Assembly: GCA_021399345.1 (NCBI GenBank)
Contig: JAAFKI010000184.1
Coordinates: 1 to 63,552, forward strand
DNA length: 63,552 nt
Origin: Candidatus Heimdallarchaeota archaeon
GTDB taxonomy: Archaea > Asgardarchaeota > Heimdallarchaeia > Heimdallarchaeales > Heimdallarchaeaceae
Direction: 5' to 3'
A program made the translations under genes and the position numbers. Shown here in pieces: positions 10,493 through 20,339 of this stretch; within the stretch, counting starts at the first letter, position 1; the number at the start of each line of letters is the position of its first letter. The notes beneath the pieces were generated by a model. It saw only the letters and a list, made by a program, of their open reading frames with translations. It had not been told where the DNA came from and did no database searches.

Positions 10493-11620
10493 TTAGTTTT
10501 TTGGGAGAAGCTTTTCATACCCATATTTTTCTCTATATTCATCCCAGTGTTCATTTACTCTTCTAATGACATCATCATCAGTAGTATGAGTGTTTGGTAC
10601 ATAATCTCTTCTCTGAGATTCAGCATATGCCAATATGTCATCTTTATGCTCTTCCCAGCCATCTAGTTTCAAATGTCTATACATCTCTTCCATTTTTTCA
10701 GAAGGATTTTTAATGAAATCTTCATATTTCGAATGGTAAATTCTATCTTCAGGAATAAGGTGCAAATCTCTATCTTGACATTCATATAGAAGTTTGTAGT
10801 TTTGCAAAATGTCTGATTTCATCTTTTCCTCATCCCATTTTTGAAGAGTATAAATTCCAAACACTTCATCAAAGAATTTAACTGTACTTGAATAGACTTT
10901 GTAGGGATTTCTATAAGTGTGTATGAATTTGGCGTTTGGAAACAGCTCAAGTATCTCTCTAATACGATAACTATTAGAGGGATTTTTCAAGAAAAGCTGT
11001 TTGCCTTTATGACCTAAAGTCAGCATCTGAACTAGATAATAGTATTTCTTTTTCCATCGCTTTAGATGTTTAGGCATTCCCTCAAATGTTAGATATTTTG
11101 TATAAAGATCAAAATTACGAGGAAAGATAAAACCAGTATAATATCCATATTTTGAGAAAGTACCTATACAATATTCTTCTTCTGTTGGTTCTTCAGCTCC
11201 CATAATTACATTATCCATCGGTCTAACATCAGGTAGAGAAGCAGCAATAATCAGTTTAGTCAATTTAGGAAACCCTAAGTACAACAAGGTTGCATAAGCT
11301 TCTGTGTTTGAAACATAGCCTTTTGATTTATCATATGCCATTAGGGTCATCAAATATGTAGTTCCTGTTCTATAGTGACCTATAATGAAAATTGGATCTT
11401 GTTTGATTTCAGTTTTCTTGATTTTCCTGTGGTATCGTAACTTTTGATACATTTTTAGAGGGCTTGTAACTACACTCAATCCAATTGCATACAAAAAGCG
11501 ATGAAAATATTTGAGATCAACTTCAAATTTATTATCCCAAAGTACTTTTACAATTGTTGGAAGAGAATATCCCGCAAGTGGTTCTTCCTTAACTATTAAC
11601 CAAGTTTTATCTTTCCCCAT
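10493..11620 (-). CDS. PAPS-dependent sulfotransferase family protein
   Basis: 5'-PSB loop PIFIIGHYRTGTT; RPMDN; LKNP; 3'-PB motif FPNAKFIHTYRNP..VYSS. Confidence 0.9.
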   Translation of the reverse strand: MGKDKTWLIVKEEPLAGYSLPTIVKVLWDNKFEVDLKYFHRFLYAIGLSVVTSPLKMYQKLRYHRKIKKTEIKQDPIFIIGHYRTGTTYLMTLMAYDKSKGYVSNTEAYATLLYLGFPKLTKLIIAASLPDVRPMDNVIMGAEEPTEEEYCIGTFSKYGYYTGFIFPRNFDLYTKYLTFEGMPKHLKRWKKKYYYLVQMLTLGHKGKQLFLKNPSNSYRIREILELFPNAKFIHTYRNPYKVYSSTVKFFDEVFGIYTLQKWDEEKMKSDILQNYKLLYECQDRDLHLIPEDRIYHSKYEDFIKNPSEKMEEMYRHLKLDGWEEHKDDILAYAESQRRDYVPNTHTTDDDVIRRVNEHWDEYREKYGYEKLLPKN

Positions 11621-11969
11621 AATGAATCAGCTACTGAAATAGTTAGTTTTAACGAGTTCAAACAGTAAAAAACGAGGTTATTTAAATAGTTTATACTAAA
11701 AAACATAAGAATGGCAAATTAGCTCAGAGGATTTGAAAATAGAGGAAACAAAACAATAAATTTGAAACTGAAAAGATATCTCACCTTCTTTTTCTGCAAC
11801 AAGATTGCAACAACTTAGAGACTGAGAAACAAGAAAAGGATCAATCAAGTGGATTAGTACTCAAGAGATATGAATCAACACTATAAGTATACTCACTTAA
11901 TTCATAGTGAAACAACATAATGAATTTCTAAAAAATAAGTTTTACGAAAAAAAAAGAGAGTTAGAAGAC

Positions 11970-13019
11970 TTATGCCTTCTTTCTACGAATAATTAATGCT
12001 GTAACAGCTATAGTTGGAATTGCTATTAAAGCAATTGTTCCAAAACTAACACCACTTGTTTCAGGCATACCAATAATTGGATCATGAACAAGCTTAAGTC
12101 CATCCCCATAATTTGGATAAACTAAATTCAAGTTGATGAATTCTTTACCAAATGCATATCCTTGTCCAAATTGCTGATCATAGCCAAAAGTTGTTGCAGA
12201 TGCTGTAACAGGAACAGTTTCTACATAAGTACCGTTTTCATAAAAGACATCAGCTACAGGAGCCCAAGCAAAATATGCTTCTAATCTGTCTCTGTCATCG
12301 GTGAAGGCAATACCATTTTCTTCATGTAATTGAGTTCTGTTTGGAGTTATTTCTTGGTCATTTATTATTGTTCCATATTCTGGTTGATTAACTCTTTCTC
12401 CGATCCTAACTCTATGCCTGTATTGTGACTCATGGACTTTTACATTAAAGACTAGTCCAGCAGCACCAGGAGTAAAAACCCAATCATTAATAATTATATC
12501 AAATTTTATTTCTTTGAGTCCTTGTACTGTATATGTTACAGGAGTTCCATCTAAATCTTGAGTAATAACTACATCCTCTAGATATACGTGGTAAACAAAA
12601 GCTATTGTTGCACCATTATCCAATACTGATGAAGTTTGAGTACCTCTAATTTCATTAGTGAAATTCTCTGTTACTAAATCCCATGTTATTGTAGGTGAAG
12701 CTAAATTGTAGATCTTTCCACCTAAAAATTCAGTTCTGTCATCAACAATAAGATCGTCGCCAAATAGTTCAGAAATACTTGTGAAGCTTATGTGAAACAT
12801 AGCCATTTTTCTGCTATTATCTGTAGAGTTAGTTTCCCAGATTACAAAATCAGGTCTTCCTTCATTCAATTTTACAGTAATATAGGGAGTCTCGATAAAA
12901 ACCGATCCTTCTCTATTCTCAATACTTCCTGCAGCTGGATTAGCAACTGCTGAGGAAACAGATGAAAACACGAACATTGTTATTAGTCCGGCAATCATTA
13001 TTTTGTGTATTGTTTTCAT
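11970..13019 (-). CDS. Secreted, C-terminally anchored surface protein, beta-rich, function unknown
   Basis: Start reassigned to ATG 13019 (MKTIHK signal peptide, GGTG upstream); HDP motif before a C-terminal TM helix and RRKKA. Confidence 0.85.
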   Translation of the reverse strand: MKTIHKIMIAGLITMFVFSSVSSAVANPAAGSIENREGSVFIETPYITVKLNEGRPDFVIWETNSTDNSRKMAMFHISFTSISELFGDDLIVDDRTEFLGGKIYNLASPTITWDLVTENFTNEIRGTQTSSVLDNGATIAFVYHVYLEDVVITQDLDGTPVTYTVQGLKEIKFDIIINDWVFTPGAAGLVFNVKVHESQYRHRVRIGERVNQPEYGTIINDQEITPNRTQLHEENGIAFTDDRDRLEAYFAWAPVADVFYENGTYVETVPVTASATTFGYDQQFGQGYAFGKEFINLNLVYPNYGDGLKLVHDPIIGMPETSGVSFGTIALIAIPTIAVTALIIRRKKA

Positions 13020-13048
13020 TTTAACACCAATATAACATTGGTTTCCGC

Positions 13049-13106
13049 TATATATGAGATATCGGTTATGTCTTGGTTTAACACCTGTTTCACACCGATA
13101 TGAAAC
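13049..13106. promoter_or_regulatory. Promoter and candidate operator of the surface-protein gene
   Basis: TATATA at 13049-13054, 30 bp before the ATG; inverted repeats GTTTCA-N8-TGAAAC (13087-13106) and ATATCGGT/ACCGATAT (13059-13066, 13094-13101). Confidence 0.55.
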
Positions 13107-13118
13107 GGTTGCCAACCA

Positions 13119-14165
13119 TTATTCTATTACAGTTCTACCATCGTCTGTCAAATATATAACGTATGTCCTTCCCCATTTTTCACGCTTTATGAGTCCACGT
13201 AACTCTAATGGAACTAGGTTTCTAGAAATCTTGGATTTTGAATAACCAGTTATGTCACAAAGATCTTTCTGACTTACTTTACCCTTTTTATCGTAAATTA
13301 TTTTGATTAACGATTTCTGATTATCTGTCAACAGAGTCATGCCTATTTTCTTCATTGCTTTCTTTTCTCTATATCTAATTAACCAAGATATGCCACTTAT
13401 TCCAATAAGTACACCAACAATAAAACCAACTAGAAACATGGCAGATTTAGTTTCCCAGAAAGCAAGATCTTCTTCAGGAACAAGAGGTTCATCAAATCGA
13501 ATCAAGAATAAAGGATTGGATTCAATTGCTAAATTGTCTAAATTCCAAGTAACTTTGATTCGATTTTTCTCAAGGATTTGAGTTGCATTAGTTGGATATA
13601 TTGAAGGAGTACTATCTTCAAAGTCATGGATAAAACTTCTTTCAGGTAAAAGAACGACCATTCCATATGATGTTGTTTGATGACTGATTGTTGAAGAGAA
13701 TTCAAATGAATAATAGATAGGGTTTGAACTAATGGGATTAAGAATGGTATTAAGATCATATTTTACAGTAAACGCTGCAGTTTGACTCTCGTTAATTTCG
13801 GTCCTGAAGTTTACTCTTACTTTATTACTACTGTTGGAAACAACATCCCAATTAAATATCAAAGAACCTTCTCCATCTTCAACAATGAGTGTATTTAATG
13901 ATGTATTAAACCAAAGATCGATGTAAGTCTGAGTTGTATTTTCTGTGTTTTCAACCACAAAAGAATCACTAATAGATATTGAATCTGTTTGATAAATGTC
14001 TACTGTAGTTTGATGAGATCTTATTATCATCTCATCAGCTAAGAATGTTGGGTCTGAATTTTCTTTATTTGTATATGTGTAGACATAGCTACTAGAAGAG
14101 ATTAATATCAAAATTGTGAAGAAAAGTAACAAAGTTCCTATGGTTTTGTGCTTTTGTGGTTTCAA
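13119..14165 (-). CDS. Membrane-anchored transcription regulator: extracellular beta domain, TM helix, C-terminal winged HTH (COG2512-like)
   Basis: C-terminal SQKDLCDITGYSKSKISRNLVPLELRGLIKREKWGRT wHTH after a TM helix; N-terminal signal/TM. Start uncertain (TTG 14165 preferred over ATG 14243). Confidence 0.85.
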   Translation of the reverse strand: MKPQKHKTIGTLLLFFTILILISSSSYVYTYTNKENSDPTFLADEMIIRSHQTTVDIYQTDSISISDSFVVENTENTTQTYIDLWFNTSLNTLIVEDGEGSLIFNWDVVSNSSNKVRVNFRTEINESQTAAFTVKYDLNTILNPISSNPIYYSFEFSSTISHQTTSYGMVVLLPERSFIHDFEDSTPSIYPTNATQILEKNRIKVTWNLDNLAIESNPLFLIRFDEPLVPEEDLAFWETKSAMFLVGFIVGVLIGISGISWLIRYREKKAMKKIGMTLLTDNQKSLIKIIYDKKGKVSQKDLCDITGYSKSKISRNLVPLELRGLIKREKWGRTYVIYLTDDGRTVIE

Positions 14166-14206
14166 GGTAAGAGTAATTGAATATCGTAAGATAAAAAAAT
14201 TTCCTT

Positions 14207-14347
14207 TTAATACAAAGAGAGAAAAAAGTATGAAAAACGGCATGATTCATCTTCAGCAGCGCGTTTAGTAGCTTTTTCCTTCTCCGTTTGTGTCAACATT
14301 ACATCTTGAAGATATTCTTTTACTAAAGTCAACTTTACAATACTCAT
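14207..14347 (-). CDS. Candidate 46 aa small protein
   Basis: ATG at 14347 with TTTTATA 28 bp upstream (same spacing as neighbouring genes); it fills an otherwise empty gap. Confidence 0.35.
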   Translation of the reverse strand: MSIVKLTLVKEYLQDVMLTQTEKEKATKRAAEDESCRFSYFFLSLY

Positions 14348-14411
14348 ATCAAAGTTATTTAGAAACTCTGCAAATATAAAATGATTTTTCAGAATTAAGT
14401 ATAAAACAAAT

Positions 14412-15275
14412 TTATTCAAGAGATTCAATTATTTCCTTGATTTGTTTCGCAAATTTTCTAGCTCCAGGATAGTGATGCATGTATTTATAGCTTGGAACTT
14501 CAACTAAAGTTGAATCAGGAATTGTACTCAATATGGTTTCAACAAATTCTACAGTATGCAAAGAATCATCTGGATCAAGAGTTATCCATGTCTTACTAGG
14601 AACTTTAGCATAATCTTCTAATGCATTCCATCGAGAAGTACTTAGAGTTTTTTTCCATCTCATAGCATCAGCGTTACCTAAGAAATCATTATAATGTTGT
14701 CTCTGGAATCCTTTGGGAAACATAATTGAAATCCACAATCTGATCATAGGTATTCCTATCACTTGAAGAACAAACGCTGGAATAATATATGCAAGCCATA
14801 AAATTTTCCGAGGGAGAATGAATTTTACTGAAGGACCATTATAGAGAATTCCAGCAGGTTTAAACCACTTTTCTTCCATCGCTCTTGCACTCGTACTGCA
14901 TCCAAAACTGGAACCAATCATGAACAAATTATTTTGATTGAATTTGAAATGTTCTATAGTTTCTTTCACATCTAATCCTAATCTGTTCATGTCAGCTTTG
15001 TGCTTCCATTTCACTTTAGAACTGTTTTTCTCCCTTGATTCAAAAACATACAAATCATATTCTGTATAAAGCTCATCCCACAAATCTGACCAGCTAAACA
15101 CGCCTGTAGCATAACCTGGAAGAAATAGAATGGTTTTTTTATCCTCACTACCTTTCTTTGTGTAATAAACTAATAATTCAGCACCATCTGACATTTGAAC
15201 ATATTCTTTTGTTGATTCTTTCCAAAATAACTCATCTTGGGAATAGTTTTCCATGTCGACTTCTTCTTCATTCAT
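14412..15275 (-). CDS. Alpha/beta hydrolase
   Basis: LFLPGY oxyanion motif and GSSFG nucleophile elbow. Confidence 0.85.
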   Translation of the reverse strand: MNEEEVDMENYSQDELFWKESTKEYVQMSDGAELLVYYTKKGSEDKKTILFLPGYATGVFSWSDLWDELYTEYDLYVFESREKNSSKVKWKHKADMNRLGLDVKETIEHFKFNQNNLFMIGSSFGCSTSARAMEEKWFKPAGILYNGPSVKFILPRKILWLAYIIPAFVLQVIGIPMIRLWISIMFPKGFQRQHYNDFLGNADAMRWKKTLSTSRWNALEDYAKVPSKTWITLDPDDSLHTVEFVETILSTIPDSTLVEVPSYKYMHHYPGARKFAKQIKEIIESLE

Positions 15276-15330
15276 TTGTTAGATTTTCAAAATATGACAA
15301 TATTTTAAGGATATTGGTGTAGAAAAGTTA

Positions 15331-16206
15331 TCATTTAGCTATCTTTTCTACGAATTTTGTGAATTGTTTGGTAAATTCAGCTGCTCCAGGAAGATGATGC
15401 ATGTAGATAAAACTAGGAACTTGTAAATATTCACTTGTTTCAACCAAATCTACGCAGATCTTGGTTTCATCATCAACATGAAGTTCTTCTTGTATAGCTC
15501 CCACCATAAGTGTGCGAACTTTGAGCTTTTTGAAATCCTCAGTGCCATCCCAGAAAGTTACCGCTTTAGTCTTCTTCCATCTCATTGCACTTGCTGTCCC
15601 AACATATTGTCTATACCTATCTCTTTGAACTCCCTTTGGAACTACTGTGCCTATCCAAAGTTTTCCTATAGTACTTAATAGTCCATCAATGAGAAAACTA
15701 GGTGTAAATTTAGTTATATAGATAAGTTTTGCAGGGAGTACGGGAGTTCTAACTGGACCAATCATTATAATTCCTAGAGGTTCATCTATCCATTTTTCAG
15801 CTAATCCTCTCATTGTGTAAAGAGCAGAAGCACTTGCACAGAAAATCACTGTTTTCTTAGGATCAAGTTTCAATCCTCTAAGAGCATCACCTATATCCAT
15901 CCCTGAGCGATTCATACCACCCTTGTGGCTCCACTTTACCTTAGAGGTTATTTTTTCTCTAGTTTCCAAAACATAAAGGTCAAATTCTTCGTATATACAA
16001 TCCCACAAGTCGTTCCAAGACATAGGAACAGAAGCATAACCAGGAATGAATAGAATAGTTATTCCTGAGGGGTTTTTACCCTTTTTAGTAAAATAACATA
16101 AGAGTTCTGCTCCATCAGACATAGGAACATAAACTTTTTCTGCTTCTTTGTAGAAAAGAGCTTTTTGATGCTCTACTTCCTTTTCTTTCTTCTTTTTGGA
16201 ATTCAT
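15331..16206 (-). CDS. Alpha/beta hydrolase paralogue with atypical nucleophile elbow
   Basis: Colinear with the neighbour (MSDGAELL, PGYA, MRWKKT, YMHH.PGA); elbow reads CASAS. Confidence 0.85.
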   Translation of the reverse strand: MNSKKKKEKEVEHQKALFYKEAEKVYVPMSDGAELLCYFTKKGKNPSGITILFIPGYASVPMSWNDLWDCIYEEFDLYVLETREKITSKVKWSHKGGMNRSGMDIGDALRGLKLDPKKTVIFCASASALYTMRGLAEKWIDEPLGIIMIGPVRTPVLPAKLIYITKFTPSFLIDGLLSTIGKLWIGTVVPKGVQRDRYRQYVGTASAMRWKKTKAVTFWDGTEDFKKLKVRTLMVGAIQEELHVDDETKICVDLVETSEYLQVPSFIYMHHLPGAAEFTKQFTKFVEKIAK

Positions 16207-16316
16207 GGATAGAATTAGCTTCAACTTAGTTATATAAAAAATGTTAGGAAAGACACTATGAATCTCTTTTATGAAGATATTTATTTAGCTTTTAGAATTT
16301 ACTAAGTTAGATAAAG

Positions 16317-17099
16317 TTGAAAATTCCTAATGGTCATCCTAGAGCAGAATCTTTACGTGTTAGAGAATTGATTATAGAAGGTATGCATCAGGATATAGTG
16401 GCAGAAGCCGGTTTAATAGCTCATGGACGAGGGGAAGCCTTCGACTATCTAATTGGTGAAAAAACTCCTTTGTTTGCAATTGAGCAACAAACCGCAGCAA
16501 TTGCTATGATACTTTTAGCAAAAAAAGCAATAATTTCAGTAAACGGGAACATTGCATCATTGTGTTCAGAAGAGTTAGTTAAATTGGCAGATATTCTTTC
16601 TGTAAACCTTGAAGTTAATCTCTTTTATCGAAGGGAAGAAAGATCAGCGATTGTAACAAAAAAACTACAAGAAGCAGGAGCTGAAAATATTCTGGGAAAT
16701 GAACCTGAATTTTATACAACCATTGAAGAATTATCTCACTCTAGAAGAGTAGTAGACAAAAGAGGAATTTTTTCAGCTGATGTAATATTAGTTCCTTTAG
16801 AGGATGGCGATAGGACAATGGCTTTAAGAAAAATGGGGAAGAAGGTAATCACAATAGATCTTAATCCGCTATCTAGAACTTCAATCTGGTCAAACATTAC
16901 AATAGTTAATAATGTTATAAGAGCAATCCCTGAAATGGTTAATATTGCAGAGAAACTAAAAAACAAAAGTAAGGAAGATCTTTTAGAAATTGTTGAAAAT
17001 TTCGATAATCACAAATCTCTACAGGAAAGCTTGCGATACATATCACAGCGGCTTAATAATTTAGCAGAAGGAGAACTTGAAAAACCAAAAGTTGAATAG
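16317..17099 (+). CDS. pps: Archaeal phosphopantothenate synthetase (4-phosphopantoate--beta-alanine ligase)
   Basis: HPRAESL, GLIAHGRGEAFDYLIGE, ISVNGN, VPLEDGDR and IDLNPLSRT motifs. Confidence 0.95.
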   Translation: MKIPNGHPRAESLRVRELIIEGMHQDIVAEAGLIAHGRGEAFDYLIGEKTPLFAIEQQTAAIAMILLAKKAIISVNGNIASLCSEELVKLADILSVNLEVNLFYRREERSAIVTKKLQEAGAENILGNEPEFYTTIEELSHSRRVVDKRGIFSADVILVPLEDGDRTMALRKMGKKVITIDLNPLSRTSIWSNITIVNNVIRAIPEMVNIAEKLKNKSKEDLLEIVENFDNHKSLQESLRYISQRLNNLAEGELEKPKVE

Positions 17100-17107
17100 G
17101 AAGTTGT

Positions 17108-17923
17108 TTGAAAATGACTACAATGGAGAAAATAACAATCAAAGATTTTCAAAAAATGAAAGATGAAGGAATTAAAATCACAATGATTTCTGCCTATACT
17201 TATCCTTTAGCAAGAATCATTGATGAAATAGGGATTGATTCTATTCTAATCGGAGATTCTCTAGGAATGACAGTTCTTGGTTATGAGAATACACTAGAAG
17301 TTACAATTGAAGATTCTATTCGACATAGTCAAGCAGTTGCAAGAGGAACAAAACGTGCACATATCATAGGTGACATGCCTTTCTTAACATATGGAATTAA
17401 TGTAGAAGAAACTGTCAGAAACGCTGGAAGACTTGTCAAAGAGGGGAAATGTGAATCTGTCAAACTTGAAGGAGGAGAAGAAAGAGCTGAGGAAATCAAA
17501 GAGATAAAAGCAATTGGTATACCAGTTTTAGGCCACATAGGTCTAACCCCAACTTATGTTAACGAATTTGGAGGTTTCAAAGTTCAAGGCAAAGAATCAA
17601 AGGATGAAGAAAGATTAATTAAACATGCAAAAAAGCTTGAGGAAGCTGGAATTTACGCTTTAATTATTGAATCTGTTCCTTGGAAACTTGCCAAGAAGAT
17701 TACAGAGGAATTATCTATTCCAACCATAGGTATAGGAGCTGGGGAATACTGTGATGGTCAGGTTCTTGTTATAGATGATCTAATCGGTCTCACTTTCGAC
17801 TTGAAACCTAAGTTTGTTAAGAAGTATGCAGATGTTAACTCCATCATCAAAAATGCTGTGATAGAATTTGTAGAGGAAGTTAAATCAGGTAAATTTCCTT
17901 CTCAGGAATATAGATATGATTAA
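17108..17923 (+). CDS. panB: 3-methyl-2-oxobutanoate hydroxymethyltransferase
   Basis: LIGDSLG, DMPF, VKLEGG, GHIGLTP and IGIGAG..CDGQVLV motifs. Confidence 0.97.
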   Translation: MKMTTMEKITIKDFQKMKDEGIKITMISAYTYPLARIIDEIGIDSILIGDSLGMTVLGYENTLEVTIEDSIRHSQAVARGTKRAHIIGDMPFLTYGINVEETVRNAGRLVKEGKCESVKLEGGEERAEEIKEIKAIGIPVLGHIGLTPTYVNEFGGFKVQGKESKDEERLIKHAKKLEEAGIYALIIESVPWKLAKKITEELSIPTIGIGAGEYCDGQVLVIDDLIGLTFDLKPKFVKKYADVNSIIKNAVIEFVEEVKSGKFPSQEYRYD

Positions 17924-18820
17924 TCAGCCATATTTCTTTACAGTATTGTAGCAAATTTCTTCTTCAATATAATCATCTAAATTAGATAAAACTGACCTAT
18001 TTTTATAGATCAAGAAAACTCCATTGCCTAGCATAATCTGACCAACAAGGATTTCGCTACTCTCTAAATCCTGCATAATCTCATTGACTTGAGGGGTAGC
18101 AAGAAGTGAAGTTATGGAGAACTGTTTTGATACAGTAGCAAAGTTTCTTATCGTAGGTTCATTAATTAATTCTGCTAAAAACAACTCTCCAACTTTGTTA
18201 ATTTGTTCCTTCCAACTAGCACTTGTAATAATTGATTTAGTGGGAATCTCTCCAAAAGTAATTGTAGCAACTCTGTAACTATTTTCTAAAATACTTCTAA
18301 CTTCTCCTATACCAGGAGCACCAGGTCGTAAGCGAAATTCCCATCCTCCTTGAAGAAGACCAGAAATATCACCTAAACCGCCACTATAATTGACTTCTGC
18401 AGAATGAGCAAGACAATGGAGATAATTTTCGGGGTATTGTAAATCATAAAATTCATTAAAAGCTAAACAACTCCCAAGAGCTCCTGAAGCACTAGCTCCA
18501 AAACCACAAGCCATTGGAACCTCAAATTCATGAAATAGAGAAACTCCATGAGTTCTATCTACTTTATTATTTGCTGCAGTTTGACAATACGACATTATAT
18601 GGTCAGATATTTTTGCTACAGATTTTTGAACTTCTTTACCATTGAAGAAAATATGATTCTCCGAATCATCCGATTCTTCTATCCACGTAGTAGTTCCACG
18701 ATTTATTGAAAAACCTGCTCCTTTTGACCCCTTGTAATTAGTGTCCTCTGCTTCATCATGTATTGTAAATATTCCACTAATGTGTGATGCTACCCAGAAT
18801 TTTGACATAATATCACTCAA
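17924..18820 (-). CDS. pok: Archaeal pantoate kinase (GHMP family)
   Basis: SHISGIF, GSKGAGF, P..CGFGASA, AH.AEV...GGLGD and PGAPG motifs; CoA-cluster context. Confidence 0.92.
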   Translation of the reverse strand: MSDIMSKFWVASHISGIFTIHDEAEDTNYKGSKGAGFSINRGTTTWIEESDDSENHIFFNGKEVQKSVAKISDHIMSYCQTAANNKVDRTHGVSLFHEFEVPMACGFGASASGALGSCLAFNEFYDLQYPENYLHCLAHSAEVNYSGGLGDISGLLQGGWEFRLRPGAPGIGEVRSILENSYRVATITFGEIPTKSIITSASWKEQINKVGELFLAELINEPTIRNFATVSKQFSITSLLATPQVNEIMQDLESSEILVGQIMLGNGVFLIYKNRSVLSNLDDYIEEEICYNTVKKYG

Positions 18821-19785
18821 TATATAGATCTTAGTTCAAGAATTGCTAACTCTTTGGGAAAATTATCATCTGTTGATTTATTTACTAGTTCAACTAATTT
18901 CCTGTTGATTGGAACGTCTATCCCCTTTTGTTCAGCTAAATTAATAATCTCACCATTAAGTGTGCTAATTTCTGTCTTTGTTTTGCTTTCTATATCTTGA
19001 AGCATGGATGTTTTATGATTTGCTGTTTGACTTACTATCTTCTTTATCATGTTATAGGCTTCTTCATAATTCAAAGCTATTTCTTCAGGAGCTACGAGTA
19101 TGATTTCTTCTATAACTGAGCTAATTATTTTATTAAGCAAAGTATCCCCTAACACATCTCCATTTGTAAGACCTGTAATAGCACTTAACGGACCAATTGA
19201 GCTATTTGTCACTGTTTTCATCCAGATATCTTTCTGAATATCTTTAGATGTTTCAACTGTAAGCCCAATTTCAGTCAGTAGTTTTTTGACTCTTTTAAGT
19301 TCGTCTTGATCTTCATGATTAATGCTTCCAATAAATGTATCACCTATACTGGCTTCAACAGAGTGATTTTTTTCTTTCCTCAAAGCAGCTAGAGAAGTGA
19401 TTGCTCTAGTGATTTTCCATTTTTTTGGTGAAACAAGAAATGGTTTTTCTATATTCAAACCATTTTGGAATAGGAGAATTGAGGCTTCAGAAGTTAACCA
19501 TTTTTCTAAATCCTCAATAAGAACTTCATTTAACCAAGATTTGGTAGAAATGATGCAATTATCAAAGATATAATCCTCTGGTAGCTCCGCATATACTTCA
19601 CAATCATGTAACAGAGGTGAAACATCAGCTGTAAGTTGGACTCTAATTCCCTTTCTTCTAATCAATTTTGAACTCTTGAAAGACGTAACACAAACAACCT
19701 TGTAATCGCGTCTAACTAATCTAGAAAACAAAACCGAGCCTATAGCACCTAGACCAATCAGAAGGATAGATTTTTCTTGTTTCAC
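18817..19785 (-). CDS. panE: 2-dehydropantoate 2-reductase (PanE/ApbA)
   Basis: GLGAIG, FQNG, W.K...N and TSMLQD....KTEI..LNG motifs; overlaps pok by 4 nt. Confidence 0.9.
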   Translation of the reverse strand: MKQEKSILLIGLGAIGSVLFSRLVRRDYKVVCVTSFKSSKLIRRKGIRVQLTADVSPLLHDCEVYAELPEDYIFDNCIISTKSWLNEVLIEDLEKWLTSEASILLFQNGLNIEKPFLVSPKKWKITRAITSLAALRKEKNHSVEASIGDTFIGSINHEDQDELKRVKKLLTEIGLTVETSKDIQKDIWMKTVTNSSIGPLSAITGLTNGDVLGDTLLNKIISSVIEEIILVAPEEIALNYEEAYNMIKKIVSQTANHKTSMLQDIESKTKTEISTLNGEIINLAEQKGIDVPINRKLVELVNKSTDDNFPKELAILELRSIY

Positions 19786-19856
19786 AATTAAGGAAGTATA
19801 TCCTAAATTAAAAGGTTTTTTAGATAAAAGGAAAAAGTAAGGAAAAAGAGATGAGT

Positions 19857-20339
19857 TTATTCAACTCTTTGAACATGATGATCAAAGTTGAAGTCGTTCT
19901 TGTAGCCTTTGTATTTATCGATAAGACTTGAAATATTATCTTCTTCTTCGACTTGCTCTTCTAAGAACCATTGAATAAGATAAATAGAGCTGTATTCTTT
20001 AAGTTCTCTAATTGAGTCATGGAGTCCAATAATTTTTTCTGTGATGTATTTTTCATGTGCATAAGAAGCTTCAAGAATTTCCATTATGTTTGTCCAATCT
20101 TGTTTTTGTTCTGCTAGGGCTGGATAATGAACAGTACCACCCCTCTCAATAATGTGAGATTTGAATTTCATAGTATGTGCAAACTCTTCCTCAGCTTGCA
20201 TTTTAAACCAGTTAGCGAGATTATCGAGAGTTCTCTCTTCAAACCATACAGCCATTCCCAGATAGAGATAGGCCGATTCTAATTCTTCTTTAATTTGAGC
20301 ATTAAATGCATCATTTAATTTTTCACTAATTTTTGCCAT
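19857..20339 (-). CDS. ftnA: Non-heme ferritin
   Basis: E..SAYLYL.MA, QAEEE..H, HE..IT and QWFLEEQVEEE ferroxidase motifs. Confidence 0.93.
   Translation of the reverse strand: MAKISEKLNDAFNAQIKEELESAYLYLGMAVWFEERTLDNLANWFKMQAEEEFAHTMKFKSHIIERGGTVHYPALAEQKQDWTNIMEILEASYAHEKYITEKIIGLHDSIRELKEYSSIYLIQWFLEEQVEEEDNISSLIDKYKGYKNDFNFDHHVQRVE

Noticed and set aside
11621-11969. 350-bp intergenic gap as a possible RNA gene
   Set aside because: AT-rich, with no tRNA-like or stable stem pattern that I could identify.
13020-13115. N-terminal extension MATVSYRC... of the surface protein in the ORF track
   Set aside because: It covers the promoter and inverted repeats; the signal peptide begins at ATG 13019.
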